Shown here one piece after another: positions 8,202-10,020 of a DNA stretch of 10,020 nt; positions within the stretch are counted from its first letter, which is position 1; each line of letters opens with the position of its first letter. The DNA is from Octopus sinensis (taxonomy: Eukaryota): assembly GCF_006345805.1 (NCBI RefSeq), contig NW_021827626.1, forward strand, positions 1 through 10,020. Direction: 5' to 3'. Below the pieces are notes generated by a model. It saw only the letters and a program-made list of their open reading frames with translations, had not been told where the DNA came from and did no database searches. The position numbers and the translations under genes were made by a program.

Positions 8202-8566
8202 TCCTCTCTCTTCACCCAACCACCCACCCATACCACTCTCTCCCTTTGTCTCTCTCTCCTCTCTCTCCCCTCCTTCCCTCTTTCTCTTTCTGTCTCTCTG
8301 TGCCTTTCTCTCTCTCTCCCTCTTTCTCTCTCTATCTTTCTGTGCCTTTCTCTTTCTCTCTCTCCCTCTCTCTCCCCCCTCTCTCTCTCTCTCTCTCTCA
8401 CTCGCTCTTTCTCTCTCTCCCTCTTTCTCCCTCTGTCTCTCTGTGCCTTTGTCTCTCTCTCTCTCTTCTCTCTCTATCTCTCTCCCCCTCTCTCCCCTCT
8501 CTCTCTCTCACTCGCTCTCTCTCTCCCTCTTTCTCCCTGAGCCTTTCTCTCTCTCTCCCTCTCTCT

Positions 8567-8653
<87 letters not shown>

Positions 8654-8660
8654 CTCCTCC
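8202..8660. repeat. ~460-bp (CT)n polypyrimidine tract
   Basis: Read directly; pure (CT)n at ~8570-8648. Confidence 0.97.
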
Positions 8661-8999
8661 TTCATTCTTTACGTTATTTATCTTTTGATTCCATTCTGCT
8701 ATTTCTGAGATGCCTGCAGATAGATGTGTTGATAACCTGTTGATATTCTTCATTAGAGAATTTCGCTCATTAGCCCTTTTAGCTGCCATAGATAGATTGA
8801 CATTTTGGCAGCCGGTGCCATAAAGGGCATCGACTGCCAAAGGATGTCGTTGCTGATTGGCAAACTTCGGATATTTTGAAATGTTTCCCCGAATGAAAGG
8901 AAATTTAAACAACAAAGGTAACGGAAGGGTTAAAGACAGTAATATGTTAATCATATCATCGTATCGTAATAACACTATGTCACATCTTAAGTGAAAGTT

Positions 9000-9115
9000 T
9001 GGCTGCCTGGTTAAAGAACTTCGTTGTGCAACTAGACTAGTGTTGTTCTGAGTTCGATACCAGTTACCTTGCAAAACATTGGGACAAGTGCCTTTTGTCG
9101 TAACCTCGGTCTGAC
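9000..9115 (+). mobile_element. diverged tRNA-derived SINE head (5' part only)
   Basis: A box TGGCTGCCTGG (9000-9010), B box GAGTTCGATACC (9050-9061), then TTGGGACAAGTGCCTT...CCTCGGTCTGAC, which resembles the body of the other two SINEs. It ends in (GGT)n. Confidence 0.7.
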
Positions 9116-9117
9116 AT

Positions 9118-9361
9118 GCGGCGGTGGTGGTGGTGGTGGTGGTGGTGTTGTGGTGGTGGTGGTGGTAGTGGTGGTGGTTTGTGATTGTGGTGGTGGTGGT
9201 AGTGGTGGTGGTGGTGGTGGTAGTGATGGTGGTGGTGGTGGTGGTGGTGGTGGTGGTGGTGATGGTGTGGTGGTGGTGGTGGTAGTGATGGTGGTGGTGG
9301 TGGTGGTGATGGTGGTGGTTTGTGGTGGTGGTGGTGGTGGTGGAGGAGGAGGAGGAGGAGA
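9118..9361. repeat. (GGT)n/(GGA)n trinucleotide microsatellite
   Basis: Read directly; explains ORFs 9064-9471 and 9069-9632. Confidence 0.97.
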
Positions 9362-9496
9362 AGGAAGTGATGTAGTTGACTTACTGTGTTGCGTGGGTAT
9401 ACGAAGAGCTCAACAAAACGAAACAAGAAAACTGCCGCAAAGCCGTGTAATAGAGGTGCCAGACGTGGCATGCGGACCCCATCATGTGACTTGTTT

Positions 9497-9593
9497 TATT
9501 CTTCTCTTCCGTTTTATTTTTGACATGCGCATTGCGTTTCTATTCTTCTCATCGGTTTTACGAATTCAGTGTGCACATGCGCATTGCGTGTTC
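9497..9593. repeat. imperfect two-copy duplication carrying ACATGCGCATTGCGT
   Basis: TATTCTTCTC..C.GTTTTA at 9497 and 9541; identical 15-mer ACATGCGCATTGCGT at 9523-9537 and 9575-9589. Confidence 0.85.
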
Positions 9594-9633
9594 ATACGTC
9601 TCTTTCGGGCTCCAACTCAAAACTGTTCATAGA

Positions 9634-9692
9634 TCACAACCATCTCACGAACGTGCGTTCGTGAGGAGCGCTTCGCGTTCCGATGGTTGTGA
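9634..9692. other. perfect T/Y-shaped triple-hairpin palindrome
   Basis: A 9634-9644 pairs with A' 9682-9692 (11 bp). B 9645-9652 pairs with B' 9657-9664 (8 bp, 9 with a 2-nt loop). C 9665-9671 pairs with C' 9675-9681 (7 bp, one G-T). There are no unpaired junction bases. Confidence 0.9.
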
Positions 9693-10020
9693 AAAAGATT
9701 TTTAAAAAATGAAGTGGAGCTGTCACCGCTGCTACAGATATTCCGTTGAGGGTCCCCCGTTGGTCATTAGTGACCATGGATGAAGGTCCTAGTTTTGCGC
9801 CCTACTAGACAGGCCTGTCGCCAGACTTTGGTACCTAGGGGTTGCTTCAGAATATTCTGGGTGAGCACGAATTTGTAATAATGCAAAAGTGAAGTTTCGA
9901 AATAAGGGCATCACAGTAAATCTGCGGGTGCACCATTGACTAGTTAGGGGGCAGTGCCGCCCAGTGTGCCCCTTAACGACGAAGATCCTATTTGAACAGC
10001 GTTGTCCGTAGCTCAACAGT

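Noticed and set aside
8755-8778. Minus-strand CUAAUGA-GC-GAAA hammerhead look-alike
   Set aside because: The invariant G5 is missing, there is no stem II and no stem I complement.
8771-8933. Possible piggyBac-type MITE (TTAGCCCTT ... GGTAACGGAAGGGTTAA)
   Set aside because: The right end looks like a CCCTT/TTAA terminus, but the left candidate shares only CCCTT and lacks an intact TTAA, so a paired element cannot be supported.
9402-9425. CGAAGAGCTC...CGAAAC resembling the hammerhead at positions 1-20
   Set aside because: It is preceded by TATA rather than CTGA, stem II cannot pair, and there is no NUH site or stem I; probably coincidence.
7432-9632. Long ORFs (up to 222 aa) rich in Val/Gly, Thr/His, Leu/Ser or Glu/Arg
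   Set aside because: They are direct products of GGT, CT and GA microsatellites that lack stop codons in several frames on both strands; no domain-like sequence is present.

Overview
Repeat-saturated, AT-rich metazoan intergenic or intronic DNA with no credible host protein-coding exon. The SINE family and microsatellite style suggest an octopus-like cephalopod (recognition from memory, not verified). All long ORFs in the supplied track come from microsatellites, except 4878-5135(-), which is part of a decayed mariner transposase. Recognisable content: tRNA-derived SINEs (two near-complete copies, one head, one solo tail); a decayed RTE-type LINE 3' fragment (~3350-4175 +); a 5'-truncated DD34D mariner fossil (4414-~5150 -) whose coding sequence has been amplified into a 10.2 x 68-bp minisatellite (5084-5777); and many TA, GA, CA, GGT and CT tracts. 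The most notable signal is four hammerhead-ribozyme-like motifs (type I topology, short palindromic stem III as in Penelope-like elements) in unrelated flanking sequence. Two have the canonical C3-G8 core (1-28 partial; 7137-7198 minus). Two share an unusual swapped G3-C8 core, GUGAACAG...CGAAA (2052-2098 plus; 2687-2763 minus), and both are damaged. A perfect 59-nt T/Y-shaped triple hairpin lies at 9634-9692. None of these folds was computed or tested; all were derived by hand.
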